The position numbers and the translations under genes were made by a program. Positions 62,220 through 64,000 of a stretch of DNA of 64,000 nt are shown one piece after another (the stretch's first letter is position 1; each line of letters starts with the position of its first letter). Origin of the DNA: a bacterium (lineage in GTDB: Bacteria > Zhuqueibacterota > Zhuqueibacteria > Residuimicrobiales > Krinioviventaceae); the NCBI GenBank assembly GCA_963674595.2, contig CAXXFV010000016.1, forward strand, positions 32,001 through 96,000. Direction: 5' to 3'. A model generated the notes under the pieces. That model did not search any database. It worked only from the letters and a program-made list of their open reading frames with translations, and was not told where the DNA came from.

Positions 62220-64000
62220 ATGAGAGATAAATTTATAAAAATTGTTTGCAGCAGTATTTTCTTTGTAATCGTGTCAGCCTTTATAGCGGAAGCCCAGGTT
62301 TTATCCGGTGCCGCTTATCTTAAAACTTTGCCGGGGGCACGTATGCAGGCTTTATCGGGTAGTGCAACAGCTTCGCTGGGTGACATACATGCTCAATATG
62401 CAAATCCCGGTACAATTGCATTTTTAAGGGAATGGCAGTGGGCCGCTTCCTATACAAAATGGATTGCTGATGTATATAACGCTTCTTTTTTATATGGAAT
62501 GCGTATTCGTACACCCTGGAGTCCGCATACAAGATTTACAGCCGGAATTTTATATCAGGGAATGCCGGAATTTGACAGTACGGATGGGGCAAAACCGGCA
62601 GAAACAGCAAACGATGCTGTTGTTTCCGTTGGTATGGGCCAGCCCTTACCATTTATCCATAAGAATTTTTCCGTTGGTTTGAATTTAAAATATTTACATT
62701 CCAAATTAGCGCAATACAATGCCTCTTCCATAATGTTTGATGCCGGTGTCGCTTACCGGACACGGCGCTTTGAATTAAAACAAGCTGGTTTTGGTTTTAT
62801 GCGCTGGGGATTTTTTGCGTTTGGCGCTTCCATTACCAACATTGGTCAGGATTTGACCTATATTTCCATAGCAACGCCATTACCACAAACATTACGCACA
62901 GGCCTTGCATTTTATGCCGGCAGCCATTACGGAATGCAGATGCAGGTTTCTGCTGATTATATCAAGATTAAAGACCATGACGGACGCATCGGATTCGGCG
63001 GTGAACTGACATGGAACCGGTTGTTTAGTCTCTGTGCCGGATATGATTATGATGCTGATTTGATGAGCCGGACCTCCTTTGGAATGAGTCTGCAGCTGGA
63101 TGATGTGTATATGCCGGATGACAGTCCCATACCCGGACGAAACAAGAGTATGAGAATTGATGTTGCTTCGGTAGATGAAGATGAATTTTTTTCACGGACC
63201 TACAGAGGAACGTTATCGCATTTTCCCATCGGTCCGGAAGGATTTCGATTCAAAAAACCGGCCATGCATGAAAAAGTTAAAGCAGATAGTATTTATTTAA
63301 ACTGGGAGAGCACCAGAGATCCTGATTTTTATGACGATGTCAGATTGCTGCTGGTTATCAATACGGACAGTTCAAAACTCGCAAATGTTTTAACAACCAT
63401 GCTGGAATCAAGACAGGATATTTTTCAACCACAATTACATGAAGGTTTGTTTTTAGCACAGGAAGTTTTTGACAACAAATTTATTTTACGAAATTTAAAT
63501 GGTGGTGATTATTACTGGGCCGTTATTGCTGCAGATCGTGATTTTCATCTTCGTTTTGCCAATACCGGTAAACACATAATTTCACATTTTGCCGTACCCT
63601 ATCCTGATCTGTTAGTTGAAAATTTAAAATTTGAATATGATCCGTGGATCACGACCGACGATTTTCAGGGATATATTTCTTTTGATGTTGTGAATCGTGG
63701 TGAAAGTCCGGCCTGGAATGTGCCTGTCTCTTTACTTGATTCCACATCCAAAAAACTTTTGGTTGAAAAAGCCTATGAAAAACTGGAAATAAACAAACCC
63801 GAGACGATAAAAATTCCATGGCATACAACACTGGCCGGTGCGCACAGTGTTTGGGCCATGGTGGACGCCGGTAATACAATTCGTGAACTTTTAAAAGACA
63901 ATAATGTTCATGAAGAAAATTTTTACACCATACCCAAGGGCACTTTTTCAACGGCTGATACCAGCAAAATTTTGTTGGTTGCCCAGGTTAACCTGGAGTT
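62220..64000 (+). CDS. PorV/PorQ-family beta-barrel fused to Fn3-like and CARDB-like domains (3'-partial; absent from the ORF track)
   Basis: ATG 62220, translated by hand: MRDKFIKIV...AEA-QVLSGAAYLKTLPGARMQALSGS...D....YANPG...YTKWIAD; later YPDLLVENL...VVNRGESPA...AMVDAGNTIRE...DNN. The frame appears open to the window end. Confidence 0.72.
   Translation, partial: MRDKFIKIVCSSIFFVIVSAFIAEAQVLSGAAYLKTLPGARMQALSGSATASLGDIHAQYANPGTIAFLREWQWAASYTKWIADVYNASFLYGMRIRTPWSPHTRFTAGILYQGMPEFDSTDGAKPAETANDAVVSVGMGQPLPFIHKNFSVGLNLKYLHSKLAQYNASSIMFDAGVAYRTRRFELKQAGFGFMRWGFFAFGASITNIGQDLTYISIATPLPQTLRTGLAFYAGSHYGMQMQVSADYIKIKDHDGRIGFGGELTWNRLFSLCAGYDYDADLMSRTSFGMSLQLDDVYMPDDSPIPGRNKSMRIDVASVDEDEFFSRTYRGTLSHFPIGPEGFRFKKPAMHEKVKADSIYLNWESTRDPDFYDDVRLLLVINTDSSKLANVLTTMLESRQDIFQPQLHEGLFLAQEVFDNKFILRNLNGGDYYWAVIAADRDFHLRFANTGKHIISHFAVPYPDLLVENLKFEYDPWITTDDFQGYISFDVVNRGESPAWNVPVSLLDSTSKKLLVEKAYEKLEINKPETIKIPWHTTLAGAHSVWAMVDAGNTIRELLKDNNVHEENFYTIPKGTFSTADTSKILLVAQVNLE

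Overview
AT-rich bacterial window. T9SS/FlgD-like C-terminal tails, a PorV-like barrel and System I ccm genes suggest an FCB-related or Calditrichota/KSB1-like organism (inference). The first half is a respiratory/accessory island. It holds a sigma54-controlled minus-strand operon: TPR protein, multiheme cytochrome, tandem rhodanese lipoprotein, porin, 12-heme cytochrome and ~7-heme lipoprotein. The two adjacent cytochrome ORFs 6641-6847 and 5555-6631 are in frame across one TGA that is followed by a SECIS-like hairpin, so they are probably a single selenocysteine-containing ~11-heme lipoprotein (GEG-U-GG). The island also has a 9-heme cytochrome with a T9SS-type sorting tail, a Cys-rich MerR regulator with a candidate operator, an ImcH-like NapC/NirT membrane cytochrome and a ccm cluster. 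The second half is mostly housekeeping: prfB (+1 frameshift), alr, lysS, lolCDE-like, clpC, gltBD, uvrA, a sigma54 response regulator and a sulfate ABC transporter with frameshifted cysA. It ends with a large repeat surface protein and a PorV-like fusion that runs off the window. No rRNA, tRNA, CRISPR array or mobile element was recognised.
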